The translations under genes were made by a program, and so were the position numbers. From an uncultured Actinomycetes bacterium (GTDB lineage Bacteria; Actinomycetota; Actinomycetes; Streptosporangiales; Streptosporangiaceae), in the NCBI GenBank assembly GCA_963767385.1, contig CAVYEA010000012.1:7450-71449 (forward strand): a stretch of 64,000 bases of DNA, in the 5' to 3' direction. Below are positions 63,722 through 64,000 of this stretch, piece by piece. Under the pieces are notes generated by a model, which saw only the letters and a program-made list of their open reading frames with translations, did not search any database and had not been told where the DNA came from. Each line of letters starts with the position of its first letter. Position 1 is the stretch's first letter.

Positions 63722-64000
63722 GTGTCCGATACTGCTCGCGTGGGTGATGCCAGCGGTGGCGGGACGGAGCAGCCGGTGTGGCTGGCTGGCAATGTCGGTG
63801 GCGCGTGGCGGATCGGTGACACGGTGCACCGGACGGCGGGTCCGTGGACGCCAGCGGTTCATGCCCTGCTCGATTTCCTTGCCCCGCGTGCCGGGCACAC
63901 CCCGCGGGTGCTGGGGTTCGACGAGCAGGGCCGCGAGGTGCTCACCTTCCTGCCCGGGCGGGTCATCGATATTGACACCGAGCTGCTGACGCCAGGCCAG
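63722..64000 (+). CDS. phosphotransferase (APH/choline-kinase-like) family protein, 3'-truncated by window end
   Basis: Frame not in the ORF track as a long ORF: ..LAGNVGGAWRIGDTVHRTAGPWTPAVHALLDFLAPRVPGTPRVLGFDEQGREVLTFLPG..; start (GTG 63722/63740 or ATG 63608) unresolved. Confidence 0.55.
   Translation, partial: MSDTARVGDASGGGTEQPVWLAGNVGGAWRIGDTVHRTAGPWTPAVHALLDFLAPRAGHTPRVLGFDEQGREVLTFLPGRVIDIDTELLTPGQ

Noticed and set aside
1-64000. tRNA, rRNA, tmRNA and riboswitch scan by eye
   Set aside because: No T-loop-like GGTTCGA(A/T)TCC context outside coding frames, no rRNA-like conserved stretches, and no recognisable riboswitch cores were found. Absence by eye is weak evidence.

Overview
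This is a high-GC, actinomycete-type chromosomal segment, coding densely on both strands. It holds about 65 protein genes or gene remnants. I saw no rRNA, tRNA or CRISPR array. The content is accessory: small-molecule metabolism, many one-component regulators (ArsR, MarR, TetR, LacI, AraC, MerR, MmyB-like), efflux transporters and secreted proteins of unknown function. All product calls rest on motif and family recognition by eye from the supplied translations. No database search or alignment was run.

Main observations:
1. An 11-gene, translationally coupled operon at 51.4-59.1 kb encodes a four-component soluble di-iron monooxygenase (alpha, TmoB-like gamma, effector, beta, Rieske ferredoxin, reductase). 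Its gene order is non-canonical and its reductase is glutathione-reductase-type. A DJ-1/PfpI gene and two NTF2/SnoaL-like genes precede it. An unknown domain joined to a DUF59 domain by a Pro/Ala-rich repeat linker follows it.
2. A perfect (CCCCGCA)x21 heptamer array, (TGCGGGG)21 on the other strand, abuts the promoter of an ArsR-like regulator.
3. An orphan 862-aa sacsin/MORC-like GHKL ATPase has a C-terminal ~600 aa I cannot assign.
4. There are two IS elements: a decayed IS1380-family copy, and an IS4-family copy with perfect 17-bp inverted repeats and a 10-bp target duplication.
5. An L-fucose utilisation locus is eroded.
6. At least 15 genes are frameshifted or truncated. This is either consensus indel error in the assembly or genuine gene decay. 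Some remnants are true truncations.

I found no canonical, already-named defence system. The candidates for something new are items 1-3.
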